Origin: Octopus sinensis
Taxonomy: Eukaryota
Direction of reading: 5' to 3'
NCBI RefSeq assembly: GCF_006345805.1
Contig: NC_042999.1
Location: 101,122,001 to 101,186,000 of the forward strand
Length of the DNA stretch: 64,000 nucleotides
The position numbers were made by a program, and so were the translations under genes. The stretch's first letter is position 1. Every line of letters starts with the position of its first letter. Under the pieces are notes generated by a model. That model did not search any database. It was not told the origin of the DNA and was given only the letters and a program-made list of their open reading frames with translations. Positions 26,395 to 39,619 of this stretch are shown in pieces.

Positions 26395-26723
26395 TGTTAT
26401 AATGTGGATCTTCGTTCACTTGTATGTTGTTGTCGGCACTGTAATATTCTTGTTGCCAGTATTATGTTGTGGCAGGATTCTGCATCTTATTATTTTTGAC
26501 TTGTCTATTGTGCTATCGTTGATAGCACCACAAGATGACTTTGAAACATCTACCTTGATGGTAACTTGAACTCATATATATCATGTAACTGAAACTGAGT
26601 CTAACTGAGAACTCATACAACGACTCTACTACTACTGACCTCCTACAACAATTGACTGTCTGACTTTATAGTGGCTCTCATACCACTTTGTCATGTAGGA
26701 AGGAGTGTACCATTTTCACTACA
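26395..26723 (-). repeat. 3' LTR of Gypsy element 2
   Basis: Minus strand runs TGTAGT...TATAACA, preceded by polypurine tract AAAAGGAGAGA (26724-26734). Confidence 0.7.
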
Positions 26724-27945
26724 TCTCTCCTTTTAGTTTTTTTTTTTTTCTTGTTAGAAAAGCAGGTAATTTTATTTTACTTTGTTCAACCCTCCTCCCT
26801 TTTTAGCATTTTTTTCCCAACTTAATATTTTTCTTTTTGGCATCTATTTGTGAGAACTCTGTGTTCTTCCTTTTTCTTCCATTTGTATGTGTAGATTCAA
26901 CAACCTGTAATGGTGTTGGTCCCTGGAATACAGCCATTCCATGGGTTCTTCCAACCTGTCTGGTTCATTTTCTATGAATCTCTCCTTCAATTGGTTTTTG
27001 TATCTTTTTTCAATACCTTTCCTGCTTTTAATTCCATACATCATTTTTTCCTTTGTACTTTGTAATTTTTCCTTCTTCCCAGTATTGATTTCCATTTTTA
27101 TACGACCTCATGTACACCTTATCACCGATTTTCAAAAACTTTGAATTGCCTTTCCTGATACTTTTTCTTTCCTCGTCAGGTAACAGTTTATCAAAAACTG
27201 ATTTCACCTTCCTCATGAATATCAGTTCAGTTGGTGAGCTTCCTGCTGGTGTATTGGGGTTCAGTATCACTCCGTATACCCTTATGAATTGCTGTAGAGT
27301 GACTTCATCTGTGACTTCATTCTTTGCTTTTTTCAAAGCTCTTTCAAAAATGCCCACAAAACAATCTGCCTCTCCATTTGTTCTGGGATGGTAAGGTGCT
27401 ATAATTTTATGTTCTACTGTGAACATTTCACAGAATTTTCTAAATTCACTGGATACAAACTATGTTCCATTATCAGATACAATCACATCTGGGATACCAA
27501 ATCTTGCGAATAATTCAGGCAAAAAATTTATTACCGTTGCGGAGGTTGGTCTTTTGCACTTAACAATTTACAGTCATTTTGCAAAACTGTCAACTACTCT
27601 ACTACTAAGTAGTAGTAACCATTTAACGGAACTGTAAAATCGATGTTTAGTCTTGTTTATAGACTTTTTACTTCTGGCCAAGGCTACCATTTTTGAGTAG
27701 GCATTTCACTGCCAGAGTACATTCTCTGCAGCCTTTTACAACATTTTCAACTTCCTTGTCCATCTTTGGCCAATACACATAACTGCACATAAGCGCTTTC
27801 ATCCTTGTTATCCCTGGATGTCCAATATGGAATTCTTTCAACAGTCTTGTTTGTAAAGTGTCAAGTATCACTGCCTTTTGGCCATACATCAGTATGCCAT
27901 TACATGTTGAATATGTGTTTACTTCTTGTTTTTCCTTACCGAACC
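26395..27945 (-). mobile_element. 5'-truncated Ty3/Gypsy LTR retrotransposon (element 2): integrase + 3' LTR
   Basis: HHCC domain EFHIGHPGITRMKALMCSYVYWPKMDKEVENVVKGCREC (27668-27889) and integrase core APYHPRTNGEAD...SSPTELIFMRKVKS (27028-27426). Frameshifted. Confidence 0.9.
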
Positions 27946-27954
27946 TTGTGATAA

Positions 27955-29022
27955 ATGATAGGGAGTGAGTTGGATGTAGAGGATATCAGTTCAGTGTAGT
28001 GGAAAGAGAGGAAAATAGAAGATGGGTTATGAAGGAAGGTTTGACAAAGCTTCAATTCTGCTGAATTAGACAGGTCTTCTCAAGCTCTGCATAACACCAT
28101 TCATCTTGGTCCCCCACCATCTCCTCGGAGAGGCTTGACATCTTGAAGTCAGTCTTCATCATTTCATCTCATGTCTTCCTAGGTCTAGCTGTTTCACATG
28201 TTCCTTCCTCGTTTAGCAAGTAGTGCTTCTTTATACATCTGTCTTCATTCATCCACATCAATTGTCTACACCAGCACAATCTCCTCTCCCACACACCACA
28301 TCTGATACCTCTTATTCCAATTTTACTCTAAGCTTTGTCATTTACTGTAAGCTTTGTCAGACATGCACACTGACATTTATTCATTGGAGCATACTTGATA
28401 TTTTTCTTTTGAATCTTTGTATGTCCTCTGCATTCAGAGCCAAGTTTCACAGCCATGTAGCATTACTGTTCATATACAGGCATCATGAAATCTGCTTTTT
28501 ATTCTGAGAGAGGGACTTTTTGGTTGCCAACAAGCATAGACGTTCTTCAGCCAATTCATATTCTAACAACTATACTTTCAGAACATATCCCTCCACTAAG
28601 AAAACAGAAACTAACTACCATCTCTAGGGAGCCTCCTGAGCACTTCAGAACATCTATTTTTCATGTGCCCATGTACATCTGCTACAAGCAAATTCTACTT
28701 TCTCTGTTAACCTTCCTTTGATTCCACTGCACCTTTTATGTGTCCATAGGTTGCAATGAGCATACAAAATGGAATTTCTACCTAGACTTTGTCTAGATAT
28801 GGAACAGGGCTATTTATCTAAAGGAATTAATGTTCTGTCCATTTTCCAACTAATTAGAACTTTAATCTCTGCTAAGTTAACCTTAAGACTCTTTGATTCC
28901 AGGTTTTTCTTCCATATTTGGGATTTCAATTCTGATTCTTCTACACTTTTGGCTATAATAACAAGGTCATCAGTATAGAGGAATTCCCTTGGGAAACCGT
29001 CATAAATTCCTCCATTATGGCT
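27955..29022 (-). mobile_element. RTE-clade LINE, 5'-truncated 3' part
   Basis: Minus strand gives EFLYTDDLVIIAKSVEESELKSQIWKKNLESKSLKVNL (decayed YADD), a Cys-rich segment near 28690-28800 and C-terminal remnants. Many stops. Confidence 0.8.
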
Positions 29023-29105
29023 TGTTCAAGGTATTGTACAGTGGGACTGAACCCAAAACCTTGTGGTTAGGAAGGAAACTTCTCAACTACACAACCATTG
29101 CTGTA
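29023..29105 (-). mobile_element. SINE family A head
   Basis: CAAGGTATTGTACAGTGGGACTGAACCCAAAACCTTGTGGTTAGG aligns with the family-A heads. Confidence 0.7.
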
Positions 29106-30174
29106 CCTATTATTGCATATAATTAATTCAAAATCGAAAATACCTTCCCAAAATTTCATTCTGTGTTCAAAATACAAATGAGCTATTATACACATATGCA
29201 CTGTAACTAGAAAAGCAATCTAGCAGACTGGTGAACCTTCACTCACCAACTATGATTACATAGAGTCTATGTGATTCTCAACTGGAGTTCATATGGCCCT
29301 AAGGGTCCATGCAACAAGACAGTAAATTAGGGAGCCACAATAATATTTTAAGAGCCTCTGAAAAAATTTTGCTTTAGATGTATGTATTGGTATGTATTGC
29401 AAGAAACAGCTGGGTTTCCATCTCTAACATTTTGCAAAGTTCAACTTACACAAGTTAATGTATGAAAATCAAAATAGAATTTTGAAATAAGTTTCTATAA
29501 AACTAGTTTTTAAACATTGAATTGCTATGGGGGTCCACCACAATAAAATGGTAACCAAAGGAGACTATAGATAAAAGATGGTTGAAAACCCCTATAGACC
29601 AATGATATGTATGTTCTCTACATGTCATCTAGTACTACAACAGCTATCACTCCTATAAGTTAAAAGACTATCACTCCAGTTCAAGTTTCCTTTCATCATT
29701 CATACTGTTTCTCTTCCCTCAGTTAATATATGAATATTCATCACACCCTTCTTTTCCAGAACAGCAACTCTCTGGAATTCTTCTATATCCGAATTTTTCC
29801 CAACAGGCACAAGCCTGCAGAACTCTAAACAAATGCATCAAGTACATGTAAAGATTTCACTACTCTATATATACTTCACTAGTATCCATAACTTTTCCAA
29901 TTGTGGTTACTATATCTGATAGACTAACAAGTAAAATATAAATAACTATATGGAACACAAGATAAAAAACTTAAACTCACAAAGCATCACAGTTTTTAAT
30001 AGCTACCTATTTCTCAATTCAGCAAGTAGGTCATAAAGTATATAAAACACATGACTCTAAACTACAGTAGACATCTGATGCAATCAAACAGAATAATAAA
30101 AGAAAAAAACTCTGTCATCATACACATTAAAATAGAGTTTTCAGCATTTTTGACACTCTTTCACAACAACTACA

Positions 30175-30192
30175 AAAACAACAACAACAAAA

Positions 30193-30246
<54 letters not shown>
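30175..30246. repeat. (AAC)n/(AAT)n microsatellite
   Basis: Directly visible. Confidence 0.95.
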
Positions 30247-31735
30247 TTGGAAAATAATTTTAAATTATGCCTTTGCTAAGGTAATTTTTTTTTGTTTTTG
30301 AAAAATTTTTATGTAAAAGATTGCCAGTGAAAAAGAAAATTTCCCCCACCATTAAAGTAAATGATTAATATTAAGTTGTAAGATACAATAATTTTCTACT
30401 ATAGTATATAACATAAGTGCAATAAATAAAAGAAAATTGATTATACCTCAAAATATTGCTAGTATAATAATAATTTCAAGTGAAAATTAGAAAAAAAAAA
30501 CAAAAAGCAAATAGCGATATTGTGTTACTATTTTGGAGAAAATATATCAAACTATAAATATATTACATATGTGTATTTTTACACACACTTGTCATTATTC
30601 ACACAGGTATCACTCTAGAAGCACTTGGCTCTGCTACTGTCAATAAAAACCAAGATACCAGAATGTTCTAATCAATAAGACTGCCTTAAACAAAGCTTTA
30701 AGGGATTTGAAGGAAACAAACAAATGTAGCTTTAAATCAATACAACTTAATCAATAGCAAACAAGGTTTATGTTTGCTTTTTTAGAATGGCAAACATTTG
30801 CTAAATCTTTTTCTTTCTACAATAAATTCCTATGGGTGTATATAGATGAATGTGTGTGCACGTATGCCTATTTATATGTATGCATATATGTGTATGCATG
30901 CATTTCGTATACAATAAACATTATTGATTTTATAAATCAAGATAATTACAACAAATATTGTTTTAAATAATCAGCTGGATATATATATATGTATAAAATT
31001 TGAAAAGTATTCATAAAAATGACGACACCTAATTATTCAAGTTTATTTATATTTTGCTTTTATTATAGCTTGGAGGTAAAATTTAATAGATTTGCTGCAG
31101 AAATTTGAAATTATTATTGTAGATTTATCCAAATCTCTATTGTTCACTTCGTAGTCAAGTGAAATAGTCATACAACTGTCACTCAGATTTGACTAATCAA
31201 TAAAATGAATACTTGCAATAACCATGAGCCTCAGAACAATATTGAGCAACAATTTTTTTCTTTTTACAGCTTTATATTTCTTTGATAATTTAACCCTATA
31301 ACAGATTCTTATACAACTTTTTTTAATCAATTCTAATTTTAGATATCTTTCTTTAAATCACAGTATACGAAATTAGCATAGCATTCACTTTTTCAGCTTA
31401 GCTTTATATTTTCTTGCTTTATTTATTTATTACCAAGTTACAGAAAGTGAGTAATTCTTAATTTCACTATTATACATGTACTGATTCATTCAGCTTTCGC
31501 ATCAGTTGTTAGATGCATAGCAACACAATTTTATATTCTGGTATTAATAAACAGGAATAGCTACCAAAATTTAATACAATGGAACAATCAATAACAACAA
31601 AAGATTTTGTTTTCCATTGATTTCTAGTTCCTTATATCAAGAAGTTGGGATCAATTCTACTGATATGAAAAATAAAACTCTGCTATATGGAACTAATTCT
31701 TTAGATCAAAATTTGATCAAAGTTTTATCAAAATA

Positions 31736-31784
<49 letters not shown>

Positions 31785-31800
31785 CACACAGATATATATG
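31736..31800. repeat. (AT)n microsatellite
   Basis: Directly visible. Confidence 0.95.
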
Positions 31801-34769
31801 AAATTAAATTATATATAACTATATATAGGAAGTTAAATTTATTATAGAAGTGGTGTATTAAGGAATTTTCTTAACTTGAGAACTACTCAACTTTTTCCCT
31901 TCTGGCTTAATAGTTTTGAATGTAATAAATTTTCTATTAGCAGTTTTTGACTATGTAATGTCTATAAATATAAATAGCTTTTTACAATAGGCATACATAC
32001 ACACTTGTTCATGTATAATCATTTGCAATATTGCAGGTATATCTACTTGCATACATGTACATATCAGTAAAAAAACACACATGCATATGCATTCATAGAA
32101 CTAATCTCGTAAAGCAAACACCTCAAGGATATTGGTAAAATATTCTTGTTAAAGTTGTAAGAAATGTAGGTATAACAGTAAATATTTTAGAACAAGGAGG
32201 GAAGTTCAGGGTAAAGAATTTTATATTGTGACAAAAGTCAATTGCCTAGTTGCTATAAATGCTTTATACAAAAATCAATCAAGAAGAAAATAATAATTTT
32301 CTAATACAGAATCAGAAGCTAATACTTCATAAATATGACGTTAATAATTTAAAGCTGTTAATATCACTGAATGACAAGCTTCTACACAGACACTTGACCA
32401 ACTAGAAATGGGACTCAAGCTAAATCTAAAGTAAATCATGCCATTCTGTTTTAAAAAGTGGAAGGAAAATGACAGTGTAGCTTTAGATATATATTACGTC
32501 TAGATAAATGATGTAATAGTTATGCTTGTAGCATCTTTTGGTCACAGTTCTACTCAATCAAGGTTTCTTATGTCTAAATATCAACAACAATGATTATGGG
32601 AAGCTGGGCTCACAAAGAGAAGTACTGACATAGCTGATATGAAACCTTAGAAAATCATTTAATAGTGCTATTAAAATGTAAATTATGAGGATTTTCTCAA
32701 GATCTCTGTATTTAACTTTTTTGTCTTTTGGCTTAAACAAAACAGTTATGCTTAAGAATATTTGGCTGGATTAAATAAAGAAGAGACATACACACATTGT
32801 ATATACTTGATATACACAATAGGAACAGGTACCGATGTGAAGTTAAAAAATATGCTTCACAGTTAAATTGTTCTGGGTTCAATATCCATATGCAGTACTT
32901 TAACCAAGCATAGGATTAACTAATCCATTGTGAATGGAATGTGATAAATGGAAACTGCACAGAAGCCAAACATATACTCCACACACACACACGCACACAC
33001 ACACACACAGTCGCACACACAGACACACACACACACACACACCACATTTAATAGTTAAAAGAATAAATACTATATATGTAAGTCTTATTTTTCTTCCAAA
33101 ACAGGTTATTAAGTATACACAAAATTAATATATCACTGATCTTGGCTGAATTGCTGGCTAGCATTATTATTTCAATTTCTTACTACTGAGTGTAACTAAT
33201 GTAGCAAAACTTTAGCATCCCTGAATAAATTTTGGTTCAATAGTGGCTAATATTTTTGAATATCAAACAGGAGATATAATTAGATCTGAGCTGTTTTATG
33301 ACATTATTGTTCCAATAGTGGTAAAATGAATTTGTCTTCTGAAACTGTTTATAATTTTTCAATCTAAATTGTCTTTCTGCTTATTTTAACAATCTCAGTC
33401 TCAGTAGTATTGATTAGTTGTATGGTTGGTTTCAACTGTAAATTTTCTTTGTGGTCTTTAGATGTGAAATATGATGCCATGAGTAGTAAAGATTCAGACT
33501 TCTCATCAACATTTACTACAGTGATAATTTTCATTATTGTTTGTTGATTCCATTCTTTTCTATTTTCTTGTACTGAATGGCAACTAAGTTTGAAAACTAA
33601 ATATGCTGTTTATAGCCATTGTGGTCATTTTGACATAAACTTGTAGTATTATCAGTTGGATACACATATTATTGAATTGTTGAATGGTTATATGATTAAT
33701 CTAACAAGTTATCAATGACCTTGTGCTTAATATCTCTCACAAGTGAGATAGCTGAGATGCTCCATAGCACTTTGAAATACAGAGCTCAGTACATCTTTGT
33801 AGTCAGAGTACAACCCTTCTGTAATGTGTTACACATATGTCTCTCATATATATTCAAATTGAGCACCATGAGACTGATATTTGTTGATAAAACATACCAA
33901 TGCTATAAATAAAAAGGATCAACCTTTATGGTCACAAACCAAACCTTTGCTTATATCAAAATAGTTTTCTGGCAAGTGGAGGTTTTCAATACAGGTAAAA
34001 GATTTAAGGAGAGAAATATAATAAAAATCATGAAGTGAAGCCTTCAGTACAATGAAAAACTTATAAAGAGGTGATAACACAGTAGATTAATGTACTTGAG
34101 CACTTGCTCCAAGATCATGCATTTAGATATGCTGCAAGATTTTGCTGTATTTCTGAAAAGGACATTTAATTCTTCATTATCTGAAGATCAACTGGAAATG
34201 TTGCTTCTGATTAGATCACTAACTTCTTATTCTGGAGAAGACTTATCTTTCATCAGCTTTATGCAATAAAACTGGAGCTAAGTACTATCCCTCAAAAGTT
34301 CATCAGAATGTAGAATGCATTTATATTACATTAAATGCCAGATTAACAGCGAAGGTAACACCAAAACTAGGATGGTATATTTAACTTTACCCTTGTTTAC
34401 ACAACCCCTGCATGGCTCTTTCCTATACCCTTCCCAGACTTGCACCCTAAAAAAGTCACTTCTGTGTTACTGATCCATTTAGAGTTATGGAAGTGAGCCA
34501 TAGGTCAACACTACATTTATTGCAGAACTTTATATCATGACAAAGTAATGTCTCACCATATATATTTATGTGTGAGATATTTAGATAGTGAAAAGAAAGA
34601 TAATACTAGAAAATAGCTAAGAAAAAAACACTAATGATATTTTGATAGTCACATTAGCATATTTTCAATTAGATATGCCAGTGTATGAACTGGATATAGC
34701 AGTTGTGAATATAGCTTTAGGAATAAATTAGAGCTTAAGTTTGTTAATACTTACAATGTAGATAGAGTG

Positions 34770-34915
34770 GGGGATTGGCTGAGCTGCTAGAGCTACAGAC
34801 AAAATGCCTTGTACTATTTATTCATGACCCTTTACCCTGTCATGATCAACTTTGCCTTTCATCCTTCTGGGGTTGATATAGAATAAGAACCAGTCAAGTA
34901 CAGGGATCAGTTTGA
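34770..34915 (+). mobile_element. degenerate SINE family B
   Basis: CAACTTTGCCTTTCATCCTTCTGGGGTTGATATAGAATAAG is the reverse complement of the core seen at 53840-53885 and 58640-58670. Confidence 0.65.
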
Positions 34916-34984
34916 GAAAACCAATACCAGCTATAATTCATGGCTTTCATAAACTGTACACATAAATATTGTAAATATTAATGT

Positions 34985-35365
34985 GTGTGTGTATGTGTGT
35001 GTGTGTGTTACATGCATAGCTCAGGTAAGGTTGATAATTTAGAAGTCCATTTTGCAGTCATGTGATTTTTGGGTCAATATAACTGTTCTGCACCTTGGGC
35101 AAGATTCTCCTTTTGTAATTCTGGGCTAAACAAAGCCTTCTAAGTGAATTTGGTACATGGAAATTGCACAGAGGCTCATCTTGAATGAATGAGTGTGTGT
35201 GTGTGTGTGTTCAACTTTCATCACACGACATCTGAGATTGGTTTGTTTACATCACCATAATTTGCAGTTCAGTGAAAACAGACTGACAGTATAAATGCCA
35301 GACTTTAAAATAAGTACTGGTGTTGAATTGATTAACTAAATCCTTCAAGGTGGGGTGGTACTGCA
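34985..35365 (+). mobile_element. degenerate SINE family A
   Basis: CACCTTGGGCAAG...CAAAGCCTTCTAAGTGAATTTGG...(GT)n...AAATAAGTACTGGTGTTGAATTG is collinear with 46154-46558. Confidence 0.6.
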
Positions 35366-35650
35366 GCATGTCTGTACTTCAGCAAAATAGAATAAAAAAA
35401 TAAATTTATAGCAAGCTCATTCACACACTCACACAATACTTATGTGTGTGCATGTTTATGCACAATAAAAATTGCCGAGTTGTTAAGATCCTGAACAGGT
35501 AGCTGAGATGTTCAGATGTAGTCATTGTTTTCTATTAAATGATGCAGCTACCTAACCAAAAATAAATTCCATAAGATAGGAACAATTCACCTCTGTAAAC
35601 AGAGGCAGCAAATAAAACTGATAAATGAGTCAGTACTGCATTCAGACATG

Positions 35651-35990
35651 AAGGCATATGGCTCAGTGGTTAGAGGATTGGGCTGACAATCAAGAGGTAG
35701 TGAGTTTGATTTCTGGACCAGGCTTTGTGTTGTGTTCTTGAGCAAGACACTTTATTTCACATTGTTCCAGTTCATTCAGCTGTGGTAATTAGTTGCAACG
35801 TCACTGTTCTCAAGCTCTATCGGCTTTTGCCTTTCCTATGGATAACATCAATGGTGTGGAGAGGGGAGGCTGGTATGCATGGGTGACTGCTAGTTTTCCA
35901 TAAACAACCTTGCCTAGACATGTGCCTCAGAGGGGAACTTTCTAGGTGCATCCCATGGTCATTCATAACTGAAGGGAGTCTTTAACCTTT
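35651..35990 (+). mobile_element. tRNA-derived SINE, family C, near full length
   Basis: A box TGGCTCAGTGG, degenerate B box GAGTTTGATTTC and central TTCTTGAGCAAGACACTT motif. The head matches the reverse complement of 63632-63765. Confidence 0.75.
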
Positions 35991-36202
35991 TAACTGCATT
36001 CAGATCTTCCTAGCTAGGGAAGGGTTTTGCTCTGCTGAAATAATTCTTCGAAGATACACCACCATATAAAGATGAAGTTTTCAGTGAACTCTTACAATAC
36101 AATATATTAAATTCTATGTGTAAATATATTCCATGTATGTATACAATCAGTGTATGCATGTATTCCATGCATTGATGTGTTCAGTATATCTATATTATTT
36201 TA

Positions 36203-36385
36203 TTCTTTTATTTGTTTCAGTCATTTGACTGTGGCCATGCTGGAGTACCACCTTTAGTCAAGCAAATCGACCCCAGGACTTATTCAATCAGTCTCTCTTG
36301 CCAAACCACTAAGTGACGGGGATGTAAACACACCAGCATCAGTTGTCAAGCAATGCTGGGAGGACAAACACAGACACACAAACAT

Positions 36386-36430
<45 letters not shown>

Positions 36431-36590
36431 ACGGGCTTCTTTCAGTTTCTGTCAACCAAATCCATTCACAAGGCTTTGGTTGGTGCAAGGCTATAGTAGA
36501 AGACACTTACCCAAGGTGCCACACAGTGGGACAACCCAGAACCATGTGGTTGGTAAGCAGGCTACTTACCACACAGCCACTTCTGCGCCT
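36203..36590 (-). mobile_element. SINE family A, near full length
   Basis: Collinear with 12661-13046, with an internal (AT)n at 36385-36430. Confidence 0.85.
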
Positions 36591-37032
36591 ATAGTTGAAT
36601 ATGTATGAATATATAACATCTGTGTATGATACTACATGACATCTATGTATCATATATCTTTGTATTTGAAACCCAAGTGTATTAATAATTATTCATTCAC
36701 TGTATTTTACATTGCTCTGCAAATACACTGCAACCCTATCTCTTTATGACTATTTTATGTATCTTGGAATGATATGTACATATTTAAACATGACTGTTTG
36801 CTTCTGATTTATACGCACTTTTCCATAAGAGTTGGATGGCTTCACAGTGCTACTATGAAAGTTTTATTAATTATGTTGACTGAGGCCAGTAAAATAATGT
36901 TTCTTGGTTTGTGGTTTAACATACTGCCAAATGAATGGGTAAAATTCATTTCATTTAAATGAGTACAATATACATTAATTATATGACTATCTCAATTCAT
37001 ATTTATAAATATAAACAGACACACTTTTTAAT

Positions 37033-37405
37033 TTCCTTTTACTGGTTTCTTTCAGTGGACTGTGGCCAAACTGGGCCACTGCTTTCAAAGGTTTTAGTCA
37101 ATCATATCATTCCTAATACTTATTTCCATCTGGTACATATTTTACAATCATTATTTGCTGAACTGCTAAGTTGCAAGATGCATAAACAATCACATGGTTT
37201 TCACACACACACATATGCACACACAAACACACACACAGGTATATATGGCAAGCTTCTGTACAGGTACTATCTACAAAATTCTGTTGATAAGGTATTGATC
37301 AACCGGATTCTACAGTAGGAGACACTTTCTCAAGGAGTACATGTGGGATCAAACCAGAAACCAAATGATTGTAATTCATACTTCTTAAGCATATAGCCAT
37401 GTCTA
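37033..37405 (-). mobile_element. degenerate SINE family A
   Basis: Diverged but collinear with the neighbouring copies, with an internal (CA)n. Confidence 0.6.
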
Positions 37406-37598
37406 TCTGTATACTAGAGTGCTGTCCCTTATATGGCAGGCGACATAAGGTATATACTTTCACCACTTTTGTAAGTAACATCAATTAATGTTATAAAGAT
37501 ACAGTAATTTCAATTTTACATTTATGAATTTGTTTCCAAGATTCCTGATATGAAATCATGTGTTGAAAAAGATATTGTTATATTTCAAGATTCTTTTA

Positions 37599-37993
37599 TT
37601 CTTTTACATGTTTCAGTCATTTGACTGCAGCCATGCTGGAGCTCTGTCTTAAAGGGTTTTAGTCAAAGAAATCAACCCCAGGACTTATTCCTTGTAAGCT
37701 TAGTACTTATTTTATTACCACTTTTACTGAACTGCTAAGTTACTGGGACATAAACATACCTACATCAGTTGTCAAGTGATGATGGGGGGTATAAATACAG
37801 GCACAAAGACACACACACATAAATATATATATACATAAGTTTCAGTTTCCATCTACCAAATCCACTCACAAGGCTTTTGCTGGCCCAAGACTATAGTAGA
37901 AGACATTTGCCCAAGGAGCCTTCACAATGGGACTGAACATGGAACCATGTGGTTGGGAGGCAAGCTTCTTACCATACAGCCACACCTGCTCCT
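37599..37993 (-). mobile_element. SINE family A, near full length
   Basis: Collinear with 12661-13046 and 36203-36590. Confidence 0.85.
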
Positions 37994-38374
37994 GTAACAG
38001 TCATTATTTTTTTCTTGCCAAATAAACACATGCACTATGCATGTATTTATTTGATGCATGTGTTTATTTTGCAAGAAAAAAGGGTGACCATCCTGAAATA
38101 TAACAATTACAATATTACTTTTACTCAAATTTCATGGTTTTTATACAAAATAATGAATTTAATATAAATTTCCCAAAATAAAAATGTTTCTAAAATGACA
38201 ATACAATCACATAAAACATACTACTCATTTGTACATTTGCAATAAGTATATATTATCAATAACAATAATACTGTTTAACTATCAATTAATTACAGATGTA
38301 GGACCACTTGATATTATAGTGAAACAGAATATTCTTAACATTACCCCATAATATGACAAATAACACTTATCATT

Positions 38375-38720
38375 GTCATTGTTGTCATTGTCATCATTCA
38401 ATGTCTGTCTTCCATACTGGCTTGGGTTGGATGGTTTGACAGAATCCAGGGATCTGAAGGACTTCATTGAGCTTCAATGTCTACTTTGGCATGGATTTTG
38501 CAGATGGATGAACAACTTTATAGAGTGTATCAGATGCTTTACACACACACACATAGATGTTCAAGTACACATGCACACACCCAAAAAGAAAGAAGAAAGC
38601 AAAGGACCACTGATAAGGTCACAGAAGTGTGGCAAAAGAACTCTGACCGAAATATGATTTCAGCAAGTGAACACCAAATATATAGCGCATGTGTTTTTAT
38701 TGGCTAACTGGCAACATGAC
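38375..38720 (-). mobile_element. degenerate retroposon with a GAT-repeat tail (related to the 48360-48535 tail)
   Basis: CATCATTCAATGTCTGTCTTCCATACTGGCTTGGGTTGGATGG is the reverse complement of the tail CCAACCCATGCTAGCATGGAAAGCAGACGTTAAATGATG. Confidence 0.6.
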
Positions 38721-38749
38721 CATCCCCAAACACAGCAATAGACACAAAT

Positions 38750-38822
<73 letters not shown>

Positions 38823-38825
<3 letters not shown>

Positions 38826-39124
38826 TTATATATAAAAGTGAAGTTGTGTGAGTGTCTGTCTCCTACGATTGAGATTCCTAACTACTCCCACATTTTGCAG
38901 TGCAGTTTAACCAAAAGCGGGTATCTTATAGTCGTGATTCATATTGAGCCCTTATGGGTATTAGCGCACGTCTACGATGAGTCTACGATTTTAAAAAAAT
39001 TTTACCATCATTTTTTCCAATTTTAATGCATTTTTTAGCTATTATATAAGCGAAGTAACTCTCTAAAAATGCTTATATAGTTATTTCCCTTACAAACCTG
39101 AGCAACGCCGGGCGATACTGCTAG
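38823..39124 (+). mobile_element. non-autonomous Helitron with both termini
   Basis: 5' A|TC at 38822-38824, subterminal hairpin CCTGAGCAACGCCGGG (39097-39112) and 3' CTAG|T (39121-39125). It is inserted in a (TA)n run and has no TSD. Confidence 0.8.
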
Positions 39125-39619
39125 TATATATATATATATATAAAATTTAACAGAAGAAATAAGTGTGAGGTGTGCTAGTGAAGTTTCACCTTCAATTAAA
39201 TTTTGTATTTGTCTACACTTCTCTTCAGTACTTTTTCTTGTGCTAGTATTCATTAACATGGTTTCGCTTATTCAGTCCATGTGCATGCATGCATGTGTGT
39301 GTGTGTGTGTGTAATTAATGCATAGATATAAATAGATCCAAAACATGTTTATTATAAAGTGAAGTGTCTGGCATATATGTAAGTTAGTAGGAATGCAAAT
39401 TTCAATGATTATCTGATAATCTCTGTAAATCCAAGTAAATATTAAATGTTAATTAACATTGACATTATTTAATATAAAGCTAGTTAATGATAGAGTCAGT
39501 GTTGAATTCATGACCTTGCATAATAGTTAATCAAAAGTCCTTACTGCACAAAATAATATTTTTCTTGACAATGATAACCAGACAGAAATTATGAAAAGAT
39601 TTATGAACTAACGAGGGAG

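Noticed and set aside
33100-33720. Microsatellite-free block that looked like it might be coding
   Set aside because: The minus-strand frames I translated contain multiple stops and I recognised no motif. A BLASTx would be needed to say more.
35651-35720. tRNA-like A/B boxes here and at 45914-45980, 46154-46225 and 63690-63765
   Set aside because: There is no complete cloverleaf and each continues into a multi-copy SINE body, so these are SINE heads rather than tRNA genes.
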